The translations under genes and the position numbers were made by a program. This document shows, in pieces, positions 39,502 through 50,314 of a DNA stretch of 64,000 nucleotides. How positions within the stretch are numbered: position 1 is the first letter of the stretch; every line of letters starts with the position of its first letter. The stretch comes from Candidatus Sumerlaeaceae bacterium (GTDB lineage Bacteria; Sumerlaeota; Sumerlaeia; Sumerlaeales; Sumerlaeaceae), in NCBI GenBank assembly GCA_051003195.1, contig JBPCLP010000020.1, positions 1 to 64,000 on the forward strand, given 5' to 3'. The notes under the pieces are model-generated. The model was given only the letters and a program-made list of their open reading frames with translations, was not told where the DNA came from and did no database searches.

Positions 39502-41982
39502 TTAGTCTATATCGTTCCACGGCTTTACTGGCGCGGCCCCCAGCAGCTTTACGGGTTTCCAGTCGTCGCCAACGGGAGGCTGATTGCGCCACGCGGCCGT
39601 CTCCTGCTTCAGGTCCATGGTTCGCCACTGGTCGTCACCCGTAAGCTCGATGGTACTGCCGTCGCGCAGCCTGATAACCAGTGAAAACAGAACCCCCGCG
39701 GCACCCCACTCGTTGCTCGCCTGCACAGCGATGAAGTTGCGACCTTTCTTCAGCTGCACATTTACATCCTTATCTGCCGAGCCGGTACCGAAATTCGCGT
39801 CCGCCGCACTCCGCCCGTTGATAAACGCCCGGCCGTTATCGTCGCAGAACAGCCGCAACTGCGCTTTCATAGGGTCACTTGCCAGCTCCAGCTCGCGCAC
39901 GAAATACTTCGTGGATGTAGTCGAAGCCTGCTGCGGATCGGGCTCAGGATACCAGAACCATACGCCCTTCATCGGCGGATAGTTTGCGAGCTCACCCGCC
40001 TGCAGTTCAACAAGGAAACCTTGCAGCTGTGCGATCTGGTTTTGCAGCCGAGTCAGGTTATCATCGAGCTTTGGATATTTGTTTCGGCGCAGCCAAAGTC
40101 CCGTGTATTCGCCGGTAATGTCCGTCAGCTCATCGCGCAGCCCGGCAAGCTGTAGTTGCATGCGCACCTGTGTTTCGCCGGGCAGTTCCCCTGATCGCTG
40201 TTTCTGCAAGGTGCGCGCGATTTCATCCAGGGTGACAATCCGGCTGGCCAGATAGTGCACCCGCTTAAGGCAATGCGCCAGCACAGCGATGTGTTCTTCG
40301 TTGTAGAGAGACCTTGCGTTATAAGAGGCGAGATCCTTCTGCACGCGCTCCGCCTGTGTCAGAAGTTTTTGCATCGATGTCACCAGGTCCGCACGGGCCA
40401 CCTTGATTCGAATGTTCTGGTGCAGAAGCGCGTTCCAGTTGCCGATCCCCTCAGGAAGCGCCCATCCAAGAAACGTCTCCGCAGCGAGAACCGGCGGCGC
40501 TTCCCGCCCGTATTGTTGCACGACATATCGCCTGAGAAAACTATCACGAGAGGGCGCAGTCGTTTCCCATTCCGTGGCGGCAGAATATGCGAACCCTGTC
40601 ATATTGTTCTCGCGCAGGTTCTCGGCTCCATTGTCACCCCACGATGAAGTAATGGACCCAATAGCACCATGCGCGCGGCCGGCCGCCGTCAGCTCGGCGA
40701 TGTTTGAGAATCCGCTGCGATAGTTCGGGTAAAATGTGGACCAGCTCCAAAGCCCCGGGCTCGTGATGATCCAGTTAAAGCCCATGTCGCGGAGCTTTTT
40801 GACGCTCGGAAATGGGCCACGTGGATTATAATGCCAATCGACAATCGTGCAATCCTTTGGCAGCACTTCGAGCGAATCCGGATGGTTGAGCAGCATGTCG
40901 CCGTAAAGCAGCATCTTGCGTCCGCGGGAAGTAAGGTGGTCGTGCAACCGGGTGAAATATTCTGCATGTAATTTGCCGACGCCGATTTCCTGCACACGTG
41001 CTTTCGATGTCCCCTTGCCGACATCCCACGACTCATCGCCCGCGATATGGAAGAACGGCGCATTCGGCGTCGCGTCGACCAGTTCGTCGACAAGCCTGGT
41101 CACGAACTCAAAGGCTTCAGGATTCACGGGCGAGAAGGACCAGGGTTTATCCTCCTCTCCCTGCAGCTCCGCATATTTGCGGTTTTCGGGGAGGCTGAGC
41201 AACCGATCCTGGTGTCCCAGGGTCTCAAAAACCGGAGCGACCAGGACATGATGGCGCTTTCCCTCTTCCACCATCGCCGCCATTTCTGTTTTTGTAATCG
41301 CGCCGCGGTCAGCACCGATATTCGGATCCGTCTCGAACTGGAACATGTCCTCAATGTAGGGCTGATAGAGGTTCTTTTTATAAAATGCGAGCTGGCGTAT
41401 GATCGCGTGAAAATCTTCGACCGTGGAAACCTGGCCGCGACTGATATCGTCCGAAACGCCGCGCAGTCCCAGGTCCGGGTAATCCATGATCGTAAGACAT
41501 GGGAGTTCCTTGCCGCCATACGCGACGATCAACTGACGAAACGTCTGCAAACCATAGAAGCGTCCCATGGCCGACGGACCCTGTATGAGAACGCGTCTGC
41601 GTTCTATCGTCAGCCTGTAACCCTGGTCGAGGAACAGCGGCGGAGCATCGGCGGTCAGCGGCCCGGTGGTCAGCACGAGGTCAAAGAGTGGACCGTGCGT
41701 GCGCGCGCTCCCATCCAGTTTGAGCTCGGGAAACTCGCTGGCAACAATCTGCACCGCCTCTTCGTCTTTTGGATCACCCGTCTCAAACTTCACGCGCCAC
41801 TGAACGTTGTTCAGCCGCATCTTGCCCGGCAGCCATTGCACCTCGCGAGGCATAGGCACCAGCATGAGGGATTCGATTGTGCGTGGTTGAGCTACGACAG
41901 ATGTGCAAAAACCGAGAATCACTACGACCAGCATGAATGAGGAACACAGGCGGAAGGGCAAGAAGGGCCTCCATTTAGTCAT
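39502..41982 (-). CDS. GH20 beta-N-acetylhexosaminidase with a C-terminal beta-sandwich domain
   Basis: Signal peptide; DYPDLGLRGVSDDISRG; catalytic FHIAGDE. Confidence 0.9.
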   Translation of the reverse strand: MTKWRPFLPFRLCSSFMLVVVILGFCTSVVAQPRTIESLMLVPMPREVQWLPGKMRLNNVQWRVKFETGDPKDEEAVQIVASEFPELKLDGSARTHGPLFDLVLTTGPLTADAPPLFLDQGYRLTIERRRVLIQGPSAMGRFYGLQTFRQLIVAYGGKELPCLTIMDYPDLGLRGVSDDISRGQVSTVEDFHAIIRQLAFYKKNLYQPYIEDMFQFETDPNIGADRGAITKTEMAAMVEEGKRHHVLVAPVFETLGHQDRLLSLPENRKYAELQGEEDKPWSFSPVNPEAFEFVTRLVDELVDATPNAPFFHIAGDESWDVGKGTSKARVQEIGVGKLHAEYFTRLHDHLTSRGRKMLLYGDMLLNHPDSLEVLPKDCTIVDWHYNPRGPFPSVKKLRDMGFNWIITSPGLWSWSTFYPNYRSGFSNIAELTAAGRAHGAIGSITSSWGDNGAENLRENNMTGFAYSAATEWETTAPSRDSFLRRYVVQQYGREAPPVLAAETFLGWALPEGIGNWNALLHQNIRIKVARADLVTSMQKLLTQAERVQKDLASYNARSLYNEEHIAVLAHCLKRVHYLASRIVTLDEIARTLQKQRSGELPGETQVRMQLQLAGLRDELTDITGEYTGLWLRRNKYPKLDDNLTRLQNQIAQLQGFLVELQAGELANYPPMKGVWFWYPEPDPQQASTTSTKYFVRELELASDPMKAQLRLFCDDNGRAFINGRSAADANFGTGSADKDVNVQLKKGRNFIAVQASNEWGAAGVLFSLVIRLRDGSTIELTGDDQWRTMDLKQETAAWRNQPPVGDDWKPVKLLGAAPVKPWNDID

Positions 41983-42048
41983 GATGAAACCGCACCCTAT
42001 CGGCAATTATACAGGCAATAGATTTACTGGCAGGGGCGGCACACGGTT

Positions 42049-45000
42049 CTATTTTCGCAGATGTACTTTGTACGTAGCGATTTCGTAATGGTTGATCGGC
42101 ACGTGGAGTGTTCGCCCATCGGCGCGCGCGGGTTTCTGTGTTTTCGTAACCGGTGTATTGACGCGTTCCACGATGTCGCAGCTTTCGACGGAAGCAATTT
42201 CCCATGGCAGCTCCAGCTGCGTGTCGGCAACATCGGTTCCCTCCGCTTCGTACAGACGAACGATGATTGAATCGTCGTCCTCGGCTTTCTTCAGTGACGA
42301 GAGTATCACGTTGGACGGCTGAAGCTTGATGAGCGACTTGTCTCCCGTCGCCGCCGCCCCCTGCATGGGAATTACGGAATGGTTGTACTCGTATCCGCGC
42401 CGCACGACGTCCGCCTGCTTCCATGTGCCGGCGTGCGGGAAGATCGCATACGAAAAGCGATGGCGGCCTTCTTCCGTCAGCGGTTTGCCTTCATCCGCTT
42501 TCGTGTTCGGAGAATCGGGACCGCGCAGCAGCGACAGCCGCAGCACGTTGTCTTTTGCATCAAACCCATACTTGTTCATTGTAAGCAGCGCGAGGCCAAC
42601 CTTTCCGCTGGCGTCGTCGTAATTTCCCCACTGGATTCCTGAGTGCTCGTACTTTCCAAGCTCCTCTGGCGCGGTACGGACCGCCGGGCGATCAATCGCG
42701 CCGAACGGCACCTCGTAGTTTGCCCATTTGTTCTGGATCGACAGTGGGAACGCGACTTTCACCATCCGGTGTCGCTCGTGCCAGTTGATGTCGTTGAGAA
42801 CTTCAAGGTAGGGCTGATCCACGTACAGGCGGTACGTCTGCTGGAACTTCGACGTGCCGTAGTTTTTTGTCACCGTGATCTGCGCAAACAAGGCACCCGA
42901 CGTGCACTCGCTCACCACTGCGGTAGTTGTCATTTCGTCCAGCTTGCCGGTCAGGCCAATTTCCCATGCATCGTACTCCGTGGGATAATCGCCGTGTACC
43001 TGCAGGATATTGGCCTGCGGACCTGCAGACGTCGGGAACACCAGCGACGGATCAAATGCTTCCGGTTGCGTGGTCGGCATTTTAATGACGCGCGATTCGG
43101 TCGTATATTGCCCAATCATCTCCGTGCCGGTTATTTTTTCAACGAGGCTGGAAAGGTTGCCGGTCTTGCGGTCGATGCGCGCGCGAACAAACGCGTTTTC
43201 CAGCACGTCGTTGTTCGACGTCGTGGCCGCGACCTCTTCCCCTTTTACAAACGTGATGGTCTTGTAGCCGCCGGCCGGAACGTTGACTGACACCGCCAGT
43301 TTGTTCTCCTGTTCGGGCAGACGCTGTTGCAGTAGCGCTTCGCCGTTTCCATCCGTCGCGATGGGCGCGCCTGCGGGCGCTGAAACCACGCACACCGCCG
43401 TACGATCCCATGGCAGAAGGTTGAAAAGGACCCGCGACTCCGCCCCACCGTTTGGCGATGCATTGTGGCCAGCAACGTGCGACAGGGCCGACACAATCGT
43501 ACGCCCGACGCTGGTGTGCAAGTCCATGTATAGCCGGCGGGCGTCGCGATACACCTGGTGGATGCTGCTGCCCGGCAGGATGTCGTGCATATGCAGCAGG
43601 CACACGTCCCGCCATGCCTGCGTGAATAGCGCTGCAGGATACGTCGTCTCCTCGGGCAGGTATGCGGCCATGGTGGCTAAAGGAATTTCCTGCGAAGGCT
43701 CCATAGGAAAGTGAGCCGGTGGGCCTCCGACCGCGCGAAGGGCGTCCTCCTGATTTCCGGCGGCGGGTTTACCAGCCGGCGCCTCTGAAGCCTTGGGCCC
43801 GAGCCACGCCAGCGCCGCCGCCAGTTCGGCATTGTACAGCATTCTCTCGCTGCGGCGATTACCGTCCTTGGCGTCTTCGTGCGTTGTATACGTGCCGCGG
43901 TGTCTTTCCAGGTAGAGTTCGTCCTTCCAGACTGGTAACGTGTGCCCTGCATCCCGCGGCTGCTTCGCCGTAGCCATTGCGTCGCTTGAAGGAATGACGT
44001 TGTTCTTCTGCAGCGAGGCGAAGTATTCCGCGGCTGTTCCCATCTGCACCTCCGGCAGAATTGGCGAGCTGCCAATCTGGTGTCCACGATTGATCATTGC
44101 GCGCGTCGGTCCGCCACCATGGTCCCCTACACCGTAAATCACCATCATGTCCTGGATGCCCGTTGTCATATTTTCGAACGTCGCCATCTGGCCGGCAGTG
44201 GCATTGATGTCGACGTTCTCCCCATAGCTTCCGACGGGGAAATACGCCAGTAGCCGCGAATCGTCCGGCGCCTGCCACCAGAACAATTTATACGGAAACT
44301 TCCACGTGTCGTTCCAGGAGATCTTCTGCGTGACGAACGCGTCGAAGCCGCCCTTCTTCAGGATCTGCGCGAGCTGCCAGTTGTAGCCGAAGCTGTCCGG
44401 GTTCATCGCAACGCGCGAATCATAGCCGAATTTGTCGAGGAAGTATCGCTTGCCGTAGAGCACCTGCCGCACAAACGACTCGCCGTTCGGGAGGTTGCAG
44501 TCGGGCTCGCTCCACATGCCTCCCAGCAGCTCCCACTGGCCACTCTTCACGCGCTTCGTGATTTCAGCAAACATCGCCGGATCCGTTTTTTCGACCCAGT
44601 CGTACTGCTGCGCCTGAGTCATCGAAAAATGGAAGTCGGGGAATTCCTCCATGAAACGCAGCGCCTGTTTAAACGTCAGCGGAATGACGGAGTCGATCGT
44701 CTCAGAGAGCGGCCACAGCCACGCGAGGTCTATGTGCGAATAACCGACCAGGAACATGTGCCGCTTCTTCGCAAAGCCGGACAGCGGCTGCAGGCGTTTG
44801 CGTAGATCCGTAACCGCCGCCTGCAACGCCTTTGTGTTATGAGTATTCAGTGCCACTACATCGAGCGATTGCGCGATGGCGTTCATCGTACGCTCGGCAT
44901 GCGCGGCGCCGTCGGGCAGTTGCTCCGCCATCGTTGCGAACGCACGTGCCTCCGTCACAAGCTTTTCATACTCGCGTATTTCGGGCACTTCGAGTGTAAC

Positions 45001-46161
45001 ATCGGCGTGCATCAACTTGCCGGATCCCGTTTCGTTGCGGCCGTGAATCTCGATGCTCAGTGGATGCGTGGGAGTCGTATACTCGCTCAACGTAATGTGA
45101 CCTTCGTCACCGTAGAATTCCTGCCACGGCCCGCCATCGATTCGGATGCTGCCCTTGTCGTCGATGCCGGCGTATGCGATCGCCTGCACTTTGCTGAGAT
45201 CGCGCCCGGGAAAAAGCTCCGCCAGATCAATCGTCGTGGTGAAAGTCGTTTCGGTCTTTTCGCCATTCCACATGTATCCCACCTGCGCCGTGGTTGTGTT
45301 GGCAGCTTCTGCGCCGGGTCCCAGTTGCACCGCCATGTTCTTCAACTGCACGCGTTTGCCCTGGCCCATCTCGTTCAGCACTTTCACCAGTGCTTCAAAA
45401 TCGTCTTTGGGAATCGTGCTTCGGCCCTTGTCACACCAGTCGGGTACGCTAACGCGGAACACCGGCTTTTTGGCTTTTGCCGGAGCATCGCCTTTCGCGA
45501 GCGCGATGCTGAACTGGCCGCTCGATTCCCCACCGGTCGAAGTTGCGAGGATGTGAACAGACTCATATGCAGCCGACGCCAGCGTGATCACCTGACCCGC
45601 GCACGTGATCGTGTTCTTTTCACCAGGGGCGACGGGCGGCATCTGGAATACCGTTCCGCTGAGCGCCTTCAGTCCACCGGCGTCTGCACCGGCCTTCGAC
45701 AGCACGTCTGCCGCGTACGCGCAACCGCCGCCATCCATGTCGCCGCCATCCTGCTCATTGGGTTGCGCGATGCCGTCGGTGTCGAAATGAGATTTGAGGT
45801 CCACGTGGACAGGTGTTCCCTTCCCGGCAGGAATAAGCGTAACCCCCAGCAACTTCAACTTTTTGGTATTGGGCAGCTTGATCCCCGTCAGCGCCATGCC
45901 GGATGCGGGCAGGATCAGCTCGTGCAGGTTGCACTGGATATTCTCGGTTGCGCCGCCCCGAACGTAGCGGTGGTTGGCCTTCATGGCAAGCTTGCACTCC
46001 GCCTTCTGTTCGCCATCGTTCACCGCCCGCAGCTTTTCCAGTTTGCGGTGCAGCAGATCGTTATCGGGAAGTGTCGGCGGAGGATCCTTTTTCGCGAGGC
46101 AGGCAGCGCCAGCAGAGATGAAAATGGCAAACAGTACCAACCGAAGACAGCGGTGACGCAT
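42049..46161 (-). CDS. GH38 alpha-mannosidase with a long N-terminal accessory region
   Basis: Signal peptide; SHIDLAWLW, GGMWSEPD, PDSFGY, YGVGDHGGGPT, ELYLERHRGTYT, HDILPGSSI. Confidence 0.93.
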   Translation of the reverse strand: MRHRCLRLVLFAIFISAGAACLAKKDPPPTLPDNDLLHRKLEKLRAVNDGEQKAECKLAMKANHRYVRGGATENIQCNLHELILPASGMALTGIKLPNTKKLKLLGVTLIPAGKGTPVHVDLKSHFDTDGIAQPNEQDGGDMDGGGCAYAADVLSKAGADAGGLKALSGTVFQMPPVAPGEKNTITCAGQVITLASAAYESVHILATSTGGESSGQFSIALAKGDAPAKAKKPVFRVSVPDWCDKGRSTIPKDDFEALVKVLNEMGQGKRVQLKNMAVQLGPGAEAANTTTAQVGYMWNGEKTETTFTTTIDLAELFPGRDLSKVQAIAYAGIDDKGSIRIDGGPWQEFYGDEGHITLSEYTTPTHPLSIEIHGRNETGSGKLMHADVTLEVPEIREYEKLVTEARAFATMAEQLPDGAAHAERTMNAIAQSLDVVALNTHNTKALQAAVTDLRKRLQPLSGFAKKRHMFLVGYSHIDLAWLWPLSETIDSVIPLTFKQALRFMEEFPDFHFSMTQAQQYDWVEKTDPAMFAEITKRVKSGQWELLGGMWSEPDCNLPNGESFVRQVLYGKRYFLDKFGYDSRVAMNPDSFGYNWQLAQILKKGGFDAFVTQKISWNDTWKFPYKLFWWQAPDDSRLLAYFPVGSYGENVDINATAGQMATFENMTTGIQDMMVIYGVGDHGGGPTRAMINRGHQIGSSPILPEVQMGTAAEYFASLQKNNVIPSSDAMATAKQPRDAGHTLPVWKDELYLERHRGTYTTHEDAKDGNRRSERMLYNAELAAALAWLGPKASEAPAGKPAAGNQEDALRAVGGPPAHFPMEPSQEIPLATMAAYLPEETTYPAALFTQAWRDVCLLHMHDILPGSSIHQVYRDARRLYMDLHTSVGRTIVSALSHVAGHNASPNGGAESRVLFNLLPWDRTAVCVVSAPAGAPIATDGNGEALLQQRLPEQENKLAVSVNVPAGGYKTITFVKGEEVAATTSNNDVLENAFVRARIDRKTGNLSSLVEKITGTEMIGQYTTESRVIKMPTTQPEAFDPSLVFPTSAGPQANILQVHGDYPTEYDAWEIGLTGKLDEMTTTAVVSECTSGALFAQITVTKNYGTSKFQQTYRLYVDQPYLEVLNDINWHERHRMVKVAFPLSIQNKWANYEVPFGAIDRPAVRTAPEELGKYEHSGIQWGNYDDASGKVGLALLTMNKYGFDAKDNVLRLSLLRGPDSPNTKADEGKPLTEEGRHRFSYAIFPHAGTWKQADVVRRGYEYNHSVIPMQGAAATGDKSLIKLQPSNVILSSLKKAEDDDSIIVRLYEAEGTDVADTQLELPWEIASVESCDIVERVNTPVTKTQKPARADGRTLHVPINHYEIATYKVHLRK

Positions 46162-46348
46162 GCGGAGTGCTCCCGTAACGCGGAATGAACCACAGAAACC
46201 AGACGTGCGGGTGGTTGTCTGGCCGCCAAATGGCCCTGACAACTGGAATGCGCAGGGAAAAGGCCACGGTCCGCGAGGTGCCTTTCTAAGTTGCGAAGCG
46301 CCTCGCACCGGGTGTTAACCCGGGGCAATTCACAAAAAGGAGAGGTTC

Positions 46349-47800
46349 TTGCCCGAAGGTATTTCGCGACGCGCTTTTCTGAAGAAAACCGCAGTTCTCA
46401 CCGCGTCCATCGCGGCGCTGCCGCACGCCAGGGTGCTCGGTGCGAACGACGATATTCGAGTGGCCGTCGTGGGCTATCGTTCCAAGGGCATGCAGCACAT
46501 CGGGGTGTTCAAGCATTTGCCCGGGGTGCGTGTGGTTGCGCTGTGCGATGTCGACAGCGCCATAACAGCACAGGCGCTGCAAAAGCACTTTGCCGACGGC
46601 ACTCCCCAACCGAAAACCTACACGGACGTACGGAAGCTGCTCGAGGACAAGGAGATCGACGCGGTATGTATCGCCACGCCCAACCACTGGCACGCACCGA
46701 TCACCGTGTGGGCCTGCCAGGCGGGCAAGGATGTTTATGTCGAGAAGCCATGCTCGCATACTGTGTGGGAAGGCGCGCAGATGGTGAAGGCCGCGCACAA
46801 GTACAAGCGCATTGTACAGATTGGAATGCAGAACCGCTCCGATCCCGGCCTCAAAGCCGCGTTCGAATTCCTCAACGCGGGCAAGCTGGGCACTATCCAG
46901 CACGTGCGCGGAATTTACTATAACCTTCGCCAGCCAATTGGGAAAGTCAGCGGGCCGCAGCAGCCGCCGCCCGAAGTCGACTACAACCTGTGGCTTGGCC
47001 CTGCGCCCGAGGCACCGCTGATGCGCGAGAAGCTGCACTACGACTGGCACTGGCAGTGGCCATACGGTAACGGCGAGCTTGGCAACAATGGCGTACACAT
47101 GCTGGACCTTGCGACGTGGCTCCTTGGAATCCAGGAATTCCCGTCGCGTGTGCTAAGTGTCGGCGGACGTTTTCTCTTCGACGACGATGGGCAAACGCCG
47201 AACACCCATCTCACATGGTACGATTACAAACCCGTCCCGGTGCTGTGCGAGATCCGAAACCTGCCGCGCTTCAAGGGCGACAAGACCAGCGACCACGTGC
47301 TCGGGCATCGTTTCGCCGTGGAGGTGAAGTGCAAAGACGGCTCCTACGTGGGATATGGTCCCGGCGGGTGGGTTTATGATAACGACGGCATGAAGGTGCA
47401 ACAGTTTGTCGGCGATGGCGGGGCGTCCCACGCGCAGAACTTCATCGACGCTGTACGCGCCCGCAAGCACGAGATGCTGGCAGCGAAGGTCGAGGCCGGG
47501 CACCTCGCGGCGGGACTATGCCATATCGGTAACATTTCGCACCGACTCGGCGAAAAAGCAGACGGTGCAAAGATTCACAAAGCCATCGAGGGAAACGTGA
47601 TGATGACCGACGCGATGGAACGATTCCATGAGCACCTGCTAGTGAACGCAGTCGATGTGACGCAAACGCCGCGCATACTCGGTGCAATGCTGGACTTCGA
47701 CAACAGCAGCCAGCGCTTCACCGGCGAACGGTCCGAGGAAGCCAACACACTGCTCACCAAGCCATACCGGGCAGGATTCGAAATCCACGAGCAGGTGTGA
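46349..47800 (+). CDS. Tat-exported Gfo/Idh/MocA oxidoreductase
   Basis: SRRAFLK Tat motif; IATPNHWH; DVYVEKP; NNGVHMLD. Confidence 0.92.
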   Translation: MPEGISRRAFLKKTAVLTASIAALPHARVLGANDDIRVAVVGYRSKGMQHIGVFKHLPGVRVVALCDVDSAITAQALQKHFADGTPQPKTYTDVRKLLEDKEIDAVCIATPNHWHAPITVWACQAGKDVYVEKPCSHTVWEGAQMVKAAHKYKRIVQIGMQNRSDPGLKAAFEFLNAGKLGTIQHVRGIYYNLRQPIGKVSGPQQPPPEVDYNLWLGPAPEAPLMREKLHYDWHWQWPYGNGELGNNGVHMLDLATWLLGIQEFPSRVLSVGGRFLFDDDGQTPNTHLTWYDYKPVPVLCEIRNLPRFKGDKTSDHVLGHRFAVEVKCKDGSYVGYGPGGWVYDNDGMKVQQFVGDGGASHAQNFIDAVRARKHEMLAAKVEAGHLAAGLCHIGNISHRLGEKADGAKIHKAIEGNVMMTDAMERFHEHLLVNAVDVTQTPRILGAMLDFDNSSQRFTGERSEEANTLLTKPYRAGFEIHEQV

Positions 47801-47913
47801 CGGTTCGCGAAGTACACGCGACGCGACGCCACTTCCAACGCTTTAACCACAAACGGAAGGTTAACCGGCCGTCGCTGCGTCATCTCCTCGCGCTGCCGTC
47901 TCAGCTCTGCCCT

Positions 47914-49128
47914 CTACTTCACCGGAACGAACAGCACGCACACCGGTTTGCTGATACCGGTAATTTCACCCGTTCGACTCAGGGTACCATTTTCATTAAT
48001 ATGGTACAGTACGACATTATCGGAATCCTGGTTTGCAGCGAGAAGCCACTGGCCGCTGGGATCGATGTTGAAGTTGCGCGGGATTTTTCCGCCTGTCGGT
48101 TCGTGCCCGATCGGAGTCAGCATTCCCGAAGCTTCGTCGATCTTGAAGATGGCGATACTGTCGTGCCCGCGATTAGAGCCATACAGGAATTTGCCGGACG
48201 GATGCATACGCACCTCCGCCGCAAAAGTCTTGTCGGTGTAACCCGCGGGTAGTGTCGAGGTCGTCTGCACCTCGCGCAGAGCGCCCGCGTCGGGATCGCA
48301 GGAGAACACCGTCATGGTGTTGCCCATCTCTGTAATGACATAAACGAAGCGGCCGCCCGGGTGGAAGGCGAGGTGGCGGGGCCCGGCGCCCGGCTGTACC
48401 GTTGCATGCGCGGGGTCATTGGCGTGCACCGAGTCCGTGGCGGGGTCGAGTCGGTAGATTTTTACCTGGTCGATGCCGAGGTCGGCCGCGAACAGGAACC
48501 GGCCCGCCGGGTCAAAGTTCACCGAGTGCGCGTGCGGGCCTTCCTGTCGTTTCGGGTTCACGCTGGAGCCGGTGTGCTGAATCACCATCGTGGGTGACGT
48601 AAGACTGCCGTCGGGCTTGACCGGCAGCAGGGCAATGCTGCCGCTACTGTAGTTTGCCGTGGCGACATAACGGCCATCGGGCGTAACGCATACATGACAT
48701 GGCCCGCGGCCGCCCGACGGCTGCTGGTTGAGCAGCGTGAGATTGCCGGTTGTCAGGTCCATGGAAAAACTGCTGACGCCTCCGGACTTCTTTCCTTCGA
48801 AGTCGCTGATTTCGCTGACGGCGTACAGAAAGCGCCGGTCGGAACTGGCAGCGAGAAACGTCGGGTTCCTTACCGTCGCAGCAAGCTCCACAGGCGTCGT
48901 GCTGCCGGTTGCAACGTCGAGGCCGAAACGGTAGATTCCCAGGCTGGAGCTGCTCGTGTTTGTGCCGATGTATACCATCATATGCCGGGACGACGGCGCC
49001 GTCGAAGTTAGCGCGGCGGGTGCTGACGCAGTGAGCTGAAAGAACATCATCATGAGTAGTGCTCCTTGCATCCTTAAGCCGCTGCGGTATCCGGCAGCTG
49101 CGAGGCGCTGGGTGACATTTATAATCAT
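47914..49128 (-). CDS. Lactonase, 6-phosphogluconolactonase YbhE/Pgl family (beta-propeller), probably exported
   Basis: ANYSSG, RQEGPHAHS, ADLGID, GAGPRHLAFHP, SNRGHDSI; start uncertain. Confidence 0.9.
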   Translation of the reverse strand: MIINVTQRLAAAGYRSGLRMQGALLMMMFFQLTASAPAALTSTAPSSRHMMVYIGTNTSSSSLGIYRFGLDVATGSTTPVELAATVRNPTFLAASSDRRFLYAVSEISDFEGKKSGGVSSFSMDLTTGNLTLLNQQPSGGRGPCHVCVTPDGRYVATANYSSGSIALLPVKPDGSLTSPTMVIQHTGSSVNPKRQEGPHAHSVNFDPAGRFLFAADLGIDQVKIYRLDPATDSVHANDPAHATVQPGAGPRHLAFHPGGRFVYVITEMGNTMTVFSCDPDAGALREVQTTSTLPAGYTDKTFAAEVRMHPSGKFLYGSNRGHDSIAIFKIDEASGMLTPIGHEPTGGKIPRNFNIDPSGQWLLAANQDSDNVVLYHINENGTLSRTGEITGISKPVCVLFVPVK

Positions 49129-49351
49129 GGAGACTATTCCCACCGCCATTGCGAAGCGCCTGCAACAATGAACCGTGTGAATGCGACACACAGGATGAAG
49201 CCTGGAGCCGTTGAGTGCGACTCATTATTTTCTTATCGGCTGATGCAGCATCGTGTAATATACTGTCTGGCGAACCGCGATGTGGTCCGGTGCAATGTAG
49301 TAGGACATCTGGAATCGCGCGCCAGGCATGCTAACAATGGAGAGATTCACC

Positions 49352-50293
49352 ATGGCTTATCCGGGTTCTGTTCAGCGGCTCGCATCTCAATGTTTTGGCC
49401 GCTGCGCCGTCTGGTTGTTTTGCATCATTTCTGTAGCTGCGCCGGCCCAGGATATCGTTCCCCTTAGCGACGACTTCGGGGACCCGTCAACTCTCGGAAA
49501 CTGGCAGCACGTGTACCAGGTCGAACAATGGAACGCGAACCAGCTGCAGGTTTACGACATCAATACATCGCGGCCCGGCTGGATGACCATGGTACCGTAT
49601 ACCAGCACCTGGTACAACAATTACCGGGGCATCATGGCGTTCAAATCCATCACCGGTGACTTCGTCGCGACGACGCATCTGCAGGTGGGAAAACGCGATG
49701 GCTCGGGCCAGCCACCGCAAAGCTCCTATTCGCTGGCCGGCATCCTCGTGCGGCAGCCGCGCAACATCACGCCGGCTACATGGACGGCCGGTGGAGAGAA
49801 TTATATCTTTCTTGCCATGGGAGCAGCGAATACGCCCGGCCAGTTCCAGTTCGAAGTGAAAAGCACGTTGAACAGCGTGTCGGGGCTGGGTGTGACGAAC
49901 ACCAATACGAGCGAATCGTACATCCAGGTGTGCCGGGTCGCCCAGCACTTCATCACATTGCGCCGCACCGCCAGCACAACGTGGACCGTCCACCAGCGCT
50001 TCAATCGGTCGGATCTGCCGAGCGCCCTACAAGTGGGCCTGTGCTGCTACACCGATTTTAATACGTGTTCAAACTTCACGCCGTTCGTACACAACTCCAG
50101 CGTGATAACCACCGGTACGCCCGATCTGCGGGCGCAATATGACTACATGAGGTTCCAGCGTCCGAATGTGCCCCCGGCGCTGCAGGGCGCCGATCTATCC
50201 AATCCATCCGCCGTTACCGACGCTCAATTGCTCTCGTTCCTCGGGGATAATGCGATTCCTTCTGCGCGCGTTCGAGAGTGGAAGGAATATTGA
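49352..50293 (+). CDS. Secreted beta-sandwich (ConA-like) protein ending SARVREWKEY
   Basis: Signal peptide; ITGDFVATTHL, SLAGILVR, LQVGL strands typical of ConA-like domains. Confidence 0.7.
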   Translation: MAYPGSVQRLASQCFGRCAVWLFCIISVAAPAQDIVPLSDDFGDPSTLGNWQHVYQVEQWNANQLQVYDINTSRPGWMTMVPYTSTWYNNYRGIMAFKSITGDFVATTHLQVGKRDGSGQPPQSSYSLAGILVRQPRNITPATWTAGGENYIFLAMGAANTPGQFQFEVKSTLNSVSGLGVTNTNTSESYIQVCRVAQHFITLRRTASTTWTVHQRFNRSDLPSALQVGLCCYTDFNTCSNFTPFVHNSSVITTGTPDLRAQYDYMRFQRPNVPPALQGADLSNPSAVTDAQLLSFLGDNAIPSARVREWKEY

Positions 50294-50314
50294 CGACCGC
50301 GCGCGGGCGTCTTC